Shown here: one piece after another, positions 1 through 9,351 of the stretch | Layout of the letters: each line of letters starts with the position of its first letter | Position numbering within the stretch: the stretch's first letter is position 1 | Origin: an uncultured Janthinobacterium sp. | GTDB lineage: Bacteria; Vulcanimicrobiota; Vulcanimicrobiia; Vulcanimicrobiales; Vulcanimicrobiaceae | DNA: 20,053 bases | Direction of reading: 5' to 3' | Assembly: GCA_964658025.1 (NCBI GenBank) | Contig: CAZZXB010000002.1 | Span: 1-20,053, forward strand | Made by a program: the position numbers and the translations under genes | Notes under the pieces: generated by a model | What the model was told of the DNA's origin: nothing | Database searches by the model: none | What the model saw: only the letters and a program-made list of their open reading frames with translations

Positions 1-257
1 GAGCGGAAGAACTCGGCGTACGGCTCAACGCACTCGCAACGGCAGTGAGGGAGCAACCGGGGTTCATACTGTTCAACGTGCATCACGTCGATGGGGATCC
101 GACGACATGGTTCGTCTACGAAATGTGGCGCTCGAGCGAAGACTTCGAACGGCATCGCGAGACCCCCGATTCCAGCAAGTTGAACGCCGATCTCGAGCAT
201 ATCTTAACCGGGCCACCCGACGCGTTGCGATTGAAATTGACGTCGCACGAGGAGTGA
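1..257 (+). CDS. Antibiotic biosynthesis monooxygenase (ABM)/putative quinol monooxygenase family protein, 5'-truncated by the window edge
   Basis: The frame is open from position 3 (AEELGVRLNALATAVREQPGFILFNVH...WFVYEMWRSSEDFERHRETP). The EPG-like, YExW and H-x-x-x-P pattern is typical of ABM domains. The track start at 45 is probably internal. Confidence 0.75.
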   Translation, partial: AEELGVRLNALATAVREQPGFILFNVHHVDGDPTTWFVYEMWRSSEDFERHRETPDSSKLNADLEHILTGPPDALRLKLTSHEE

Positions 258-365
258 GATCGACTTCGTTCGGTCTCCGCCATCCGACCGATCGTCGAAC
301 GGCTCGGTAATGCCGATGAGCGCGAGCTTTCCCGATGGATGAAGGTCGTGCGATGGAGACGGATC

Positions 366-905
366 ATGAACGCTAAGATGACGGACACGCGCGGAGATGC
401 GGAGGACGAAGAGGCAATTCGCGCTATCCACCGCGAGATGGTCGAAGCCTGGAATGCGGGTGATGCCGCGGCATTCATCTCTTCGTTTGCCGATGACGCC
501 GACTTCGTCGCATTCGAAGGGACGCACCTCAAAGGACGCGAGGAGATGATTTCGTTTCATCGCGAGATCTTCGCAACCGTCGTACGCGGTTCGCGGATCG
601 CCGGCGACGTGACGTTCGTTCGCTTCGTGAACGCTCGGGAGGCGGTGATGCATTCCAGGATTTCGTATGCGCCGGACGCCGGATCCGCCGAGCTCGACTC
701 GCGGGCTTCGATGCAATTGACCGTCGTGAGCAAGCGCGAGGGGAAATGGCGGATCGAGGCACTCATGAACGCCCGACACGTGCCGATGGACCGGCAACTC
801 TTTCTCGATGCCGTCGATGCACTGCCGTCCCAAGCTAAGGCGAAACTAAACGACCACGTTTCGTTGCTGGCTACGGAGGCGAGGCGATCGATGCCTTCGA
901 CGTAA
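366..905 (+). CDS. SgcJ/EcaC family NTF2-like (SnoaL/DUF4440) protein
   Basis: AWNAGDAAAF..FADDADFV..G...GREE and GKWRI motifs fit the NTF2-like fold. GGAG upstream of ATG 366 favours this start over 339. Confidence 0.8.
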   Translation: MNAKMTDTRGDAEDEEAIRAIHREMVEAWNAGDAAAFISSFADDADFVAFEGTHLKGREEMISFHREIFATVVRGSRIAGDVTFVRFVNAREAVMHSRISYAPDAGSAELDSRASMQLTVVSKREGKWRIEALMNARHVPMDRQLFLDAVDALPSQAKAKLNDHVSLLATEARRSMPST

Positions 906-1280
906 TCGGATCTCCGGCGAACGAATGCGTCAACCCGTCCTCGAGCTCGGCGTCGCCCGCTCGACGTCCGGTACGCGAGCCAGGACGTTGCGCCCGAAAC
1001 GCACGCTTAGCGTTGCCAAGCCGCGCCCCGCATCTCGGTCGTGATCGCACCCCGATGACCGCGCTCGCAAGCTCCTCGATCCGATTCGTCGGTACGGAGC
1101 GCGTCCCGTCGAAAAACGCGAGAAGATGGAGCGAGCCCGCGACCTCCGACGTCGGCGCCGTCGATCGCCGTCGGGGATTCCGTCGTCGTCGCTTGGCGCC
1201 CGTTCGCGCGGCGAATAACCTCGTCGGAGATCGGCTTCAGGATTACCTTACCCGTAGCATCTCCTTCGGGTCGTAACACC

Positions 1281-1904
1281 TCAGTACGCGAGCGCGACGG
1301 TCTTGCGTAACGTGCGTTCGTCGACGACGACGCGGTACATGAAGTCGGCGACGTCGGCGCGGGAGATGCGCGAACCGCCTTCGGGGACGAAGCGGTCGTT
1401 CGCGCGATAGAGGCCCGAGCGCGGATCGTCGGTGAGGCGCGCCGGGCGCACGATCGTGTAGACGAGATCGCTCCGCTCGATCTCCGCTTCCATCACGCGC
1501 ATGTCGGCGAGGACGTTCTTGAGCACGAACGGCATGACGAAGCGCCGCGCGACGAAACCGAGATTGGGATCGTCCTCGACGCCGAGCGAGGAGACCGCGA
1601 GCAGTCGCTTCGTGCCGACCGCGCGCATCGCGCGCACGATGTTCCCCGTTCCGGTCGAATAGATATCGGTCTCGCCGAGACCGCGGGAGCCGAGCGCGGA
1701 GAAGACGACGTCGCATCCGGCGAGCGTGGTCGCGACCGCTTCGGGATCGCGCGCGTCGCCACGAAGCACGCCGATCGCACCGAGATCTTTGGGTAACGCG
1801 GAACGATCGCGGACGAGCATCTTCACGTGATCGCCGTTCTCGCGCGCGATCGCGAGCAGCCATCGCCCGACGCCGCCCGTCCCACCGAAAATCGCCACGC
1901 GCAT
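1281..1904 (-). CDS. NAD(P)H-binding oxidoreductase (NAD_binding_10 / biliverdin reductase B-flavin reductase-like)
   Basis: Starts MRVAIFGGTGGVG (Rossmann GxxGxxG), followed by GDARD, TIVRPARL and ISRADVADFM motifs. The true start is 1904; the track's upstream extension overlaps the next gene. Confidence 0.88.
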   Translation of the reverse strand: MRVAIFGGTGGVGRWLLAIARENGDHVKMLVRDRSALPKDLGAIGVLRGDARDPEAVATTLAGCDVVFSALGSRGLGETDIYSTGTGNIVRAMRAVGTKRLLAVSSLGVEDDPNLGFVARRFVMPFVLKNVLADMRVMEAEIERSDLVYTIVRPARLTDDPRSGLYRANDRFVPEGGSRISRADVADFMYRVVVDERTLRKTVALAY

Positions 1905-1948
1905 GGTGCGGGGGATTCGCGCTCGACCGCCGCCGAAGCCTCGCCCGT

Positions 1949-2803
1949 ATGCGATACGTGAGTTTTTTCCACGCCGGCGTCGCGCGCGCGGGCGTCGTCT
2001 CGGGCGACGGCGATAGCGTACGCCCCTTTCCGGCGCGGATCGCGACGCTGCTCGACTACCTCGCGTACGACGGAGCGGAGCGCGCGTCGCTCGCGACCGA
2101 AGCACCGATCCCGCTCGCGGAGGTGACGCTCGACGCGCCGATCCGACCGCGTAAGAACGTCATGTGCATCGGTCGCAATTACTTGGCGCATGCCGAAGAG
2201 GGCGCGCGCGCGGCGGGGCGCGATTTGAAGCTTCCGAGCGTGCCGACGTTCTTCACGAAAGCCCCGACCGCGATCGCCGCACCCGGCGCGACGCTCCGTC
2301 TCGATGCGAGCGTCTCGCCCGAATACGATTGGGAGGGCGAGCTCGCGGTCGTCATCGGCAGGCGTTGTAAGGATCTCGACGAGGCGACGGCGCTCGACGC
2401 CGTGTTCGGCTACACGTGCCTCAACGACGTCACCGCGCGCGACCTGCAGACCTCGCACCTGCAATGGTTCAAAGGCAAATCGCTCGACGACACGTGCCCG
2501 CTCGGCCCGTGGATCGTCGGCGCCGACGAGATCGACGATCCGCAGGATCTCGCGATCGAGGTGCGCGTCGACGGCGAGATCAAGCAATCGTCGAACACGA
2601 GCAAGATGATCTTCGGCATCGCGCGCGCGCTCGCGTCGCTCTCGCGCGGGATGACACTCGAGCCCGGAGACGTGCTCTCGACGGGGACGCCCGACGGCGT
2701 CGGTTTCGCGCGAACGCCGCCCGAGTTCTTACGCGACGGTCAGCACGTCGACGTCACGATCGAGAAGATCGGCACGTTACGCAACGCGTTCGCGATCCGC
2801 TGA
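1949..2803 (+). CDS. Fumarylacetoacetate hydrolase (FAH) family protein
   Basis: CIGRNYLAH, PTFFTK, DWEGELAVVIG, NDVTARDLQ, KGKSLD and GDVLSTGTPDGVG are canonical FAH-family motifs. Confidence 0.95.
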   Translation: MRYVSFFHAGVARAGVVSGDGDSVRPFPARIATLLDYLAYDGAERASLATEAPIPLAEVTLDAPIRPRKNVMCIGRNYLAHAEEGARAAGRDLKLPSVPTFFTKAPTAIAAPGATLRLDASVSPEYDWEGELAVVIGRRCKDLDEATALDAVFGYTCLNDVTARDLQTSHLQWFKGKSLDDTCPLGPWIVGADEIDDPQDLAIEVRVDGEIKQSSNTSKMIFGIARALASLSRGMTLEPGDVLSTGTPDGVGFARTPPEFLRDGQHVDVTIEKIGTLRNAFAIR

Positions 2804-4129
2804 GCGCGGGCGCGGACGCAGGATGACCGCGCGCTCCGGGCGCGTGAGCCCGCGCAGCGACGGACCGATCCACGGCTGCGTCGCCGCGAGCGAATACCGG
2901 CGCGCGATCGTCGCGAGCACGAGCACGCCCTCGAGTTCCGCGAACGACGCGCCGATGCACATCTTGCTCCCGCCGCCGAACGGAAAGTACGCGAACTTCG
3001 GGACGCTCGCAAACTCGGGCCGCTCCGGCCGGAAGGTATCGGGATCGGGAAAGAACCGCGCGTCGCGCTGCGTGACGTACGGACTGACGTAAACGCTCGT
3101 CCCGGCCGCGATCGCGAAGCCGCCGAGGTCGACGTCCGCGAGCGGTCGGCGCGCGAACGCGGGCGCGGGCGGAAAGAGTCGCAGCGCTTCGGCGAAAATC
3201 GCCGTCGCGTACGGAAGCCGCGGCAGATCCTCGAACGTCGGCGCGCGCGATCCGAGCGCCGCATCGACCTCCGCGTGGAGTCGCGCCTCGACGCGCGGAT
3301 CGTGCGCGAGCGCCTGCCAGCACCACGTGAGCGCGTTCGCGGTCGTCTCGTGACCCGCGAGCACGAGCGTGACGACCTCGCCGAGTAACGCCGCGTCCGC
3401 GAGCGGCTCGCCGTGCGCGTCGCGCACGTCGAGCAACATCGAGAGCAGATCGTTCCCGCGCACGCTCGCGCGCCGGCTCGCGACGATCGGCGCGACCGCG
3501 CGTTCGAGTCGCGCGCGTTGCCGTGCGAACAAGATGCTCCGCGTGCCGTCGCGCCGCATCGCGGCGAGATACGGCGCGAGCATGAGAAAGAACGGTCCGA
3601 TCCCGCCCGTCTCGCCTTGCAGATCGCGCAAGACCTCGACGATCGCGTTCGCGCGATCGCGCAGATCCGAACCGAGCAACGCTTCGCCGACCGCCGCGAG
3701 CGTGAGTTCCGCCATCGCGCGGCCGACGTCGATCGCGAGCAGGCCGCCGAAGCGATCGGCCGTGCGTTCCGCTTCGGCGACCACGGCGTCCGCGTACGAC
3801 GCGACGCGCGCGCGGTGGAACGCCGGTTGCATCTGCCGTCGCCGGACGAGATGGGGCGGATCTTCCGTCGTCAACAGCCCCTCGCCGAGCAATTCGCGCG
3901 CGATCGACGCGCCGTGGTCGCGGACGTACCCATGCTGATCGCGCACGAGAATCCGTTCGACGAGTTCGGGCTCGCTCACGAACAGCGCGCGCTGCGCGCC
4001 GAGCGGAAAACTCGCGACCGGTCCGTACCGATCGGCGAGACCGCGCAGAAACGGCGGAAGCCCGACGCGCCCGATGCGCGCGAGGACGGCCGGCGCTGCC
4101 GCGGAAGACGGACCGGGTGGACGCTTCAC
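2777..4129 (-). CDS. Cytochrome P450
   Basis: AGHETTA (I-helix), EALR (ExxR), FRPER and PFGGGSKMCIG (heme Cys) motifs. Start placed at GTG 4129 (KRPPGP N-terminus, matches the promoter geometry); in-frame ATG 4147 is an alternative. Confidence 0.93.
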   Translation of the reverse strand: MKRPPGPSSAAAPAVLARIGRVGLPPFLRGLADRYGPVASFPLGAQRALFVSEPELVERILVRDQHGYVRDHGASIARELLGEGLLTTEDPPHLVRRRQMQPAFHRARVASYADAVVAEAERTADRFGGLLAIDVGRAMAELTLAAVGEALLGSDLRDRANAIVEVLRDLQGETGGIGPFFLMLAPYLAAMRRDGTRSILFARQRARLERAVAPIVASRRASVRGNDLLSMLLDVRDAHGEPLADAALLGEVVTLVLAGHETTANALTWCWQALAHDPRVEARLHAEVDAALGSRAPTFEDLPRLPYATAIFAEALRLFPPAPAFARRPLADVDLGGFAIAAGTSVYVSPYVTQRDARFFPDPDTFRPERPEFASVPKFAYFPFGGGSKMCIGASFAELEGVLVLATIARRYSLAATQPWIGPSLRGLTRPERAVILRPRPRSADRERVA

Positions 4130-4135
4130 CGCATC

Positions 4136-4166
4136 ATTTGACGACATCGAACGCGAGCCGTCAAAT
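4136..4166. promoter_or_regulatory. Inverted repeat / putative symmetric bidirectional promoter between P450 and the DUF4267-like gene
   Basis: ATTTGACG (4136-4143), 15 bp, CGTCAAAT (4159-4166). Each strand reads TTGACG-N17-TCAAAT-N6-start codon. Confidence 0.55.
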
Positions 4167-4172
4167 ACATTC

Positions 4173-4541
4173 ATGCTCGGTCTGACCGGAGCGTCGCTCG
4201 TCGCGTGCGGCTTCGTATCGCTCGCGTTCGGTTCGCTCCTCGCGCCGGAAGCGCTCGCGGAGACGTACGGGCTCCCGCTCGAACATCCGTCCGGTTCGTC
4301 GTATCTGCGCGCCGTCGGCATGCGCGATCTCGCGCTCGGCGGCTTACTCTTCGCCACGCTCGCCCGCGGCGATCGACGTGCCGTCGCGGCGCTGCTCGGC
4401 TGGTCCGCGTTCGTCGGCGCGACCGATTTCGCGATCGTCGCCGCCGCGCGCGGCCGCGAAGCGGATCGTAGTCTCGCGGTCCACGGCATCGGCACGATCG
4501 GCCTCGTCGTGTTGACGGCGCTCGTTCGCGGCGACGTCTGA
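4173..4541 (+). CDS. Small membrane protein, DUF4267-like
   Basis: About four hydrophobic segments. The P....YGLP, GMRDLALG, D-F and H-G pattern resembles DUF4267. ATG 4173 avoids overlap with the P450. Confidence 0.7.
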   Translation: MLGLTGASLVACGFVSLAFGSLLAPEALAETYGLPLEHPSGSSYLRAVGMRDLALGGLLFATLARGDRRAVAALLGWSAFVGATDFAIVAAARGREADRSLAVHGIGTIGLVVLTALVRGDV

Positions 4542-4616
4542 CCCCGGAAACGAGGCAAGGACCGCGCCCCCGCCGGGCGGTAAATGGTTCTTTCCTAGCT
4601 GGAGAGGCCTTTTGTC

Positions 4617-5756
4617 ATGTTGATCGGCGTCCCGACCGAGACCGTGCCGGGCGAACGACGCGTCGCGCTCGTCCCCGAAACGGTCGAACGTCTCGTCAAA
4701 ACCGGATCGGAAGTCATCGTGCAGCGCGGCGCCGGAACGGCGGCCGCGTTTCCCGATGAGGCGTACGCGGCCGCGGGTGCGTCGCTCGCCGATTCCGCGA
4801 GCGACGTGTTCGCGCGCGCCGCATTCGTCGCGAAGGTCGCGCGTCCGACGGCGGACGAGCTCGCGCAGATGCGTCCGGGGCAGACGCTCCTCGCGTTTCT
4901 CTCGCCGCTCGGCGATCCGGCCTCGGTCGAAGCCTACGCGAGCCGGAAGATCTCGGCGCTCTCGATGGACGCGATCCCGCGCACGACGCGCGCGCAGAGC
5001 ATGGACGCGCTCTCGTCGCAGGCGAACATCGCGGGGTACAAAGCGGTACTACTCGCCGCGTCGGCGTCGCCGCGTTTCTTCCCGATGTTGACGACGGCCG
5101 GCGGCACGATCAAGGCGCAGAAGGTCTTCGTCGTCGGCGCGGGCGTCGCGGGTCTCCAAGCGATCGCGACGGCGAAGCGCCTCGGCGCGATCGTCTCGGG
5201 CTACGACACGCGCGCGGCCGTAAAAGAACAAGTGCAGTCGCTCGGCGCGGCGTTCGTCGAGATCGATCTCGGCATCTCCGGTGAGGGGAGCGGCGGCTAC
5301 GCGCGCGCGCTCACCGACGAAGAGGCGCGCGCGCAACAACGCATCCTCTCGCGTTACATCCACAGCGTCGACGTCGTCATCACGACCGCGGCCGTCCCCG
5401 GCCGCCGCGCTCCCGTGCTCGTGAGCGAAGATGCCGTCCGCGGGATGCGCCCGGGGAGCGTCGTCGTCGATCTCGCCGCGGAGACCGGCGGCAACTGCGC
5501 GCTCACGAAGGCGGGCGAGACGATCGTCGCGCACGGCGTCACGATCGTCGGTGCGACGAACGTGCCTTCGACGATGCCGTACGACGCGAGCGTCCTCTAC
5601 TCGCGCAACGTCTTCACGCTCCTCGGTCTCATCGCGAAGGACGGGAACCTCGTCCTCGACATGAACGACGAGATCGTGCGCGGGACGACGCTCGTCAAAG
5701 ACGGCGAGATCGTCCACGAACCAACGAAAGCCGCACTCGCCGGGAGCCCCACGTGA
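4617..5756 (+). CDS. pntAA: NAD(P) transhydrogenase subunit alpha part 1 (domain I)
   Basis: [52 protein letters not shown] and [10 protein letters not shown] motifs; GGAGA RBS upstream. Confidence 0.96.
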   Translation: MLIGVPTETVPGERRVALVPETVERLVKTGSEVIVQRGAGTAAAFPDEAYAAAGASLADSASDVFARAAFVAKVARPTADELAQMRPGQTLLAFLSPLGDPASVEAYASRKISALSMDAIPRTTRAQSMDALSSQANIAGYKAVLLAASASPRFFPMLTTAGGTIKAQKVFVVGAGVAGLQAIATAKRLGAIVSGYDTRAAVKEQVQSLGAAFVEIDLGISGEGSGGYARALTDEEARAQQRILSRYIHSVDVVITTAAVPGRRAPVLVSEDAVRGMRPGSVVVDLAAETGGNCALTKAGETIVAHGVTIVGATNVPSTMPYDASVLYSRNVFTLLGLIAKDGNLVLDMNDEIVRGTTLVKDGEIVHEPTKAALAGSPT

Positions 5757-6115
5757 ACGTCGCCCATCTCCTCACCGAACTCACCGTTTTCGTCCTCGCG
5801 GTTTTCGTCGGCGTCGAAGTCATCTCGAAGGTGCCGCCGACCCTGCACACGCCGCTCATGTCGGCGACGAACGCGATCCACGGGATCGTGCTCGTCGGCG
5901 CGTTGTTGATCGCGGTCGTCGCGGAGCCGCAGATCGGTCCCGTCCTCTCGATCCTCACGGTCTTCCTCGCCTCGCTCAACGTGTTCGGCGGCTACGTCGT
6001 GACGCAACGGATGCTCGCGATGTTCAAACCGCGTCCCGCGAGCGATGCGACGCGTCCGCAGAAAAAAGTGCGCGACGATCTCACGATCCGACTGACGGAC
6101 GAAGGCGCCGAGTAA
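5753..6115 (+). CDS. pntAB: NAD(P) transhydrogenase subunit alpha part 2 (membrane)
   Basis: [18 protein letters not shown] and [16 protein letters not shown] motifs; GTGA overlap with pntAA. Confidence 0.95.
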   Translation: MNVAHLLTELTVFVLAVFVGVEVISKVPPTLHTPLMSATNAIHGIVLVGALLIAVVAEPQIGPVLSILTVFLASLNVFGGYVVTQRMLAMFKPRPASDATRPQKKVRDDLTIRLTDEGAE

Positions 6116-7536
6116 TGGGCGATACCGCGTCGTCCGCTTTAGGACTCTGGATCGATCTCGCGTATCTCGTCACGGGCGTCTGCTTCATCGTCGGCCTGCG
6201 GCTCATGAGTTCGCCGCTGACCGCGCGACGCGGCAACACGATCTCGATCGTCGGCATGGCGATCGCGCTCGTCGCGACGGGTCTGCGCCTCGATATCGCC
6301 GCGTCGTGGTGGATCGGCTTCATCGGCCTCGCGGCGGGAGCCGGCGTCGGCATCTATTTCGCGCGCGCCGTGAAGATGACGGCGATGCCGCAGATGGTCG
6401 CGATCTTCAACGGTTGCGGCGGCGGCGCGGCGGCGCTCGTCGCGAGCGCCGAATACCTCAAGCTCGATCCGTCGACCCAGTCCGTCCCGCTCGATCTCGC
6501 GATCGCGAGCGTCCTCACGAGCATCATCGGCGCGATCAGCTTCACGGGCTCGGTGATCGCGTTCCTCAAACTCCAAGAGATGATGACGGGTCGTCCGATC
6601 GTCTATCCGGGCCAGCAGGTCGTCAACGGACTCCTCGCCGCGATCGCGGTCGTCTGTCTCGTGCTCGTCGCGCTCGGCATCGCGCCGATCGCCTCGTTCT
6701 TCATCGCGCTCGTCGCGGCGGCGGCGCTCGGGGTCCTCTTCGTCTTGCCGATCGGCGGCGCGGACATGCCCGTCATCATCTCGTTACTGAATTCGTTCAC
6801 GGGGCTCGCGGCGGCGCTCACCGGGTTCGCGCTCGGGAACGACGTGCTCATCATCTCGGGCGCGCTCGTCGGCGCGTCGGGGACGTTGCTCACGCTCATG
6901 ATGGGTAAGGCGATGAACCGCTCCGTCGCAAACGTCCTCTTCGGCGCGTTCGGCGCGACGAAACCCGCGGCGGCGGGTGCCGATGCGGGTGCCGCGGCCG
7001 ACGTCACGATCCGCGAATCGTCGGTCGACGACGTCGCGAACATGCTCGCGAACGCGCGCCTCGTCGTCGTCGTGCCCGGATACGGCATGGCCGTGGCGCA
7101 GGCGCAACACAGCGTCCGCGAACTCGCGGACCAACTCGAAGACAAGGGCGTCGACGTGAAGTACGCGATCCACCCGGTCGCGGGACGGATGCCCGGACAC
7201 ATGAACGTGTTGCTCGCGGAAGCGAACGTGCCGTATCCGTCGCTCGTCGACATGGAAGACATCAATCCCGAATTCGAAAAAACCGACGTCGCGCTCATCA
7301 TCGGCGCGAACGACGTGACCAATCCCGACGCGCGTTCGAACACCGGAAGCCCCATCTACGGCATGCCGATCCTCGACGTCGACAAGGCGGAGAAGGTCGT
7401 CGTGCTCAAGCGTTCGATGAAGCCCGGATTCGCCGGCATCGACAACCCGCTCTACGGACTCGAGAACACGTCGATGCTCTTCGGCGACGCGAAGGCTTCG
7501 ATCGACAAACTCGTCGGCGCCGTGAAGTCCCTGTAA
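6115..7536 (+). CDS. pntB: NAD(P) transhydrogenase subunit beta
   Basis: MTAMPQMVA, IGGADMPVIISLLNS, VPGYGMAVAQAQH and HPVAGRMPGHMNVLLAEA motifs. Confidence 0.97.
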   Translation: MGDTASSALGLWIDLAYLVTGVCFIVGLRLMSSPLTARRGNTISIVGMAIALVATGLRLDIAASWWIGFIGLAAGAGVGIYFARAVKMTAMPQMVAIFNGCGGGAAALVASAEYLKLDPSTQSVPLDLAIASVLTSIIGAISFTGSVIAFLKLQEMMTGRPIVYPGQQVVNGLLAAIAVVCLVLVALGIAPIASFFIALVAAAALGVLFVLPIGGADMPVIISLLNSFTGLAAALTGFALGNDVLIISGALVGASGTLLTLMMGKAMNRSVANVLFGAFGATKPAAAGADAGAAADVTIRESSVDDVANMLANARLVVVVPGYGMAVAQAQHSVRELADQLEDKGVDVKYAIHPVAGRMPGHMNVLLAEANVPYPSLVDMEDINPEFEKTDVALIIGANDVTNPDARSNTGSPIYGMPILDVDKAEKVVVLKRSMKPGFAGIDNPLYGLENTSMLFGDAKASIDKLVGAVKSL

Positions 7537-7543
7537 CGGGGAG

Positions 7544-8173
7544 TTGGACCGAGGCGCCGCACGGGACGGAGCGTTCGAACGACTCGCGGCACCGATCGCG
7601 AGCGAAGCGCTCCGGCTCGTTCCGCTCTCGGAGGTCCACCTCGTCGCCTGCGATCGCGCCTTTCGCAGCGACGACGAGCTGTGGACGTGGACGCTCGAAG
7701 CGCAACCGCGCTCGCAGACCGAGACGACCGGCTGGTTCGAACGGACGTTCACGGCCGCGAACGCGCGCGAGCGATGCACGTTCGCGATCGAACTCCCGAC
7801 CGGAGCGATCGCGGGGACGACGAGCTTTCTCGACATCCGTCCCGCGGACGGCGGCGTGGAGATCGGCCGGACCCACGTCTTCGCCGCGTACCGACGCACG
7901 TTCGTCAACACCGCCGCGAAGCTCGCGATGTTGACGCGCGCGTTCGAAACCGGCTTCGAACGCGTGTCGCTCGAAACCGATTCGCGCGACGCCCGCTCGC
8001 GCGCGGCGATCGAGCGGATCGGCGCGACCTACGAAGGGACGCTCCGATCCTACCAGCGCCGCCACGACGGAACGCTACGCGATACCGCGCTCTACTCCAT
8101 CGTCGCGGCGGAATGGCCGCGCGTCCGGGCGGCGCTGACGGACGCGCTCGCGAGATCGGCCGACGCCGGCTGA
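7544..8173 (+). CDS. GNAT family N-acetyltransferase (RimJ/RimL-like)
   Basis: VEIGRT, R.TFVNTAAKLAML..AFE, RS.AAIERIGA.YEG.LR and RDTALYSI...EWP motifs. The TTG start is uncertain. Confidence 0.88.
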   Translation: MDRGAARDGAFERLAAPIASEALRLVPLSEVHLVACDRAFRSDDELWTWTLEAQPRSQTETTGWFERTFTAANARERCTFAIELPTGAIAGTTSFLDIRPADGGVEIGRTHVFAAYRRTFVNTAAKLAMLTRAFETGFERVSLETDSRDARSRAAIERIGATYEGTLRSYQRRHDGTLRDTALYSIVAAEWPRVRAALTDALARSADAG

Positions 8174-8200
8174 CGGCGACCTGGCGACTCCGCCGAGTCG

Positions 8201-9019
8201 CTAATTAGTCGGAAGGGAGCCCGTCCGTTCGCGCGCCGGATACGCCGCGTCGATCGCGGCGATCTCGTCCGGCGCGAGCTCGAGGGCGCCCGCGCGTGCG
8301 TTCGCCTCGACGTGTTCGAGCGCGTTCGCCTTCGGGATCGCGAACGTCGACGGATCGCGGACGAGGAACGCGAGCGCGACGGCCTCGGGCGTGACGTCGT
8401 GCGCGCGCGCGATCGCGGCGAGGACGGCTTCGCCGCGCGCGTCGCGCGGTCGCGCGAGCGGGGTGTACGCGACGAATGCGGACCCCGTCTCGCGCGCCCA
8501 CGGAAGTTCGTGCGCTTCGGGCGTCCGCTCGCCGAGGTTGTAGAGGATCTGATTACACGCGATCGGCGCGCGACGGAGCGCCGCCGACGCCTCGCGCAGA
8601 TCCCACGGATCGAGATTGCTCACGCCGAGCGAACGGATCTTGCCCGCGTCGAGAAGCGCCTCGAGGCCTCCCATCGCTTCGGCGAGATCGTTCGCACCGC
8701 GCCAGTGTAGGAGATAGGCGTCGAGATAGTCGGTTCGCAGGCGCGCGAGGGAGCGCTCGCAACTCCGCACGATGCCGGCGCGCGTGGCGTTGGACGGAAG
8801 CACTTTCGAGACGAGAAAGATCCGGTCGCGCGGATACGGCGCGATGGCCTCGCCGACGATCTCTTCCGAACGCCCGTCGCCGTACATCTCGGCCGTATCG
8901 ACGTGCGTCATGCCGAGATCGATGCCGCGACGGAGCGCGCGAACGTCCGGAATCGGCCACGTGCCCTGACCGACGACCGAAACTTCGGTCCCGGTTCGGC
9001 CAAAAGGTCGGAGGTTCAC
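8201..9019 (-). CDS. Aldo/keto reductase
   Basis: GQGTW, DTAEMYGDG, SKVLP, DAYLLHW, GKIRSLGVSN and AIPKA motifs, including the catalytic Asp/Tyr/Lys/His. Confidence 0.95.
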   Translation of the reverse strand: MNLRPFGRTGTEVSVVGQGTWPIPDVRALRRGIDLGMTHVDTAEMYGDGRSEEIVGEAIAPYPRDRIFLVSKVLPSNATRAGIVRSCERSLARLRTDYLDAYLLHWRGANDLAEAMGGLEALLDAGKIRSLGVSNLDPWDLREASAALRRAPIACNQILYNLGERTPEAHELPWARETGSAFVAYTPLARPRDARGEAVLAAIARAHDVTPEAVALAFLVRDPSTFAIPKANALEHVEANARAGALELAPDEIAAIDAAYPARERTGSLPTN

Positions 9020-9188
9020 CCGAGCAACACCGTGGAAGCGTGACGCACGTCGCTTGCTTCGCCTCGGGACACGTATTACTCTCGCCGCCTACCCGAGCGT
9101 GCGGATCGGCGAGCGCGCCGCTTCGAAATCGATTGATCCACCGTAACCACATGCATTTACCGACGTCATCCATCGGAGTACATCCCAA

Positions 9189-9314
9189 ATGATCGCTTCA
9201 CTATTCGCCGCCCTCGTCGGGCTGCTGCACGCGCTTCCGAGCGAGATCCACGGGGGCGCCGTCCTCACGGGTCACGCCACGCCGAGCGAGATCCACGGCG
9301 GCGCGGTCTTGTGA
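9189..9314 (+). CDS. Unannotated 41-aa putative secreted signalling/precursor peptide: MIASLFAALVGLLHALPSEIHGGAVLTGHATPSEIHGGAVL
   Basis: GGAG RBS at 9175-9178, ATG 9189, TGA 9312-9314. Hydrophobic N-terminus. Two PSEIHGGAVL copies whose nucleotide differences are all synonymous. Confidence 0.8.
   Translation: MIASLFAALVGLLHALPSEIHGGAVLTGHATPSEIHGGAVL
9237..9311 (+). repeat. Direct repeat (2 x 30 bp, 45-bp period) encoding PSEIHGGAVL
   Basis: 9237-9266 CCGAGCGAGATCCACGGGGGCGCCGTCCTC versus 9282-9311 CCGAGCGAGATCCACGGCGGCGCGGTCTTG: 26/30 identical. Confidence 0.92.
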
Positions 9315-9351
9315 TCCGGTAAGCGAATCCACGGCCCGACGCAAAGGAAGC

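Noticed and set aside
1007..1279. Short ORFs 1007-1279 (-) and 1013-1276 (+) as real genes
   Set aside because: No convincing RBS/start combination or domain; at most a gene remnant.
2777..4129. P450 as a RiPP cross-linking enzyme for the small peptide
   Set aside because: It is 5 kb away, separated by the pnt operon, and the core has no Tyr/Trp typical of P450-crosslinked RiPPs.
4617..6115. Split pntA as a pseudogene or frameshift
   Set aside because: The three-gene pntAA/pntAB/pntB layout is a known natural arrangement, and both parts are intact and translationally coupled.
9020..9115. Possible structured RNA upstream of the aldo/keto reductase (CCCGAG/CTCGGG and CTCGCCG/CGGCGAG arms)
   Set aside because: Short GC-rich stems arise easily by chance here, and no known riboswitch consensus was recognised.
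9237..9335. Direct repeats read as a mini CRISPR array
   Set aside because: Only two full copies, a 15-bp spacer, synonymous codon-position differences and no cas genes; a coding repeat explains it better.
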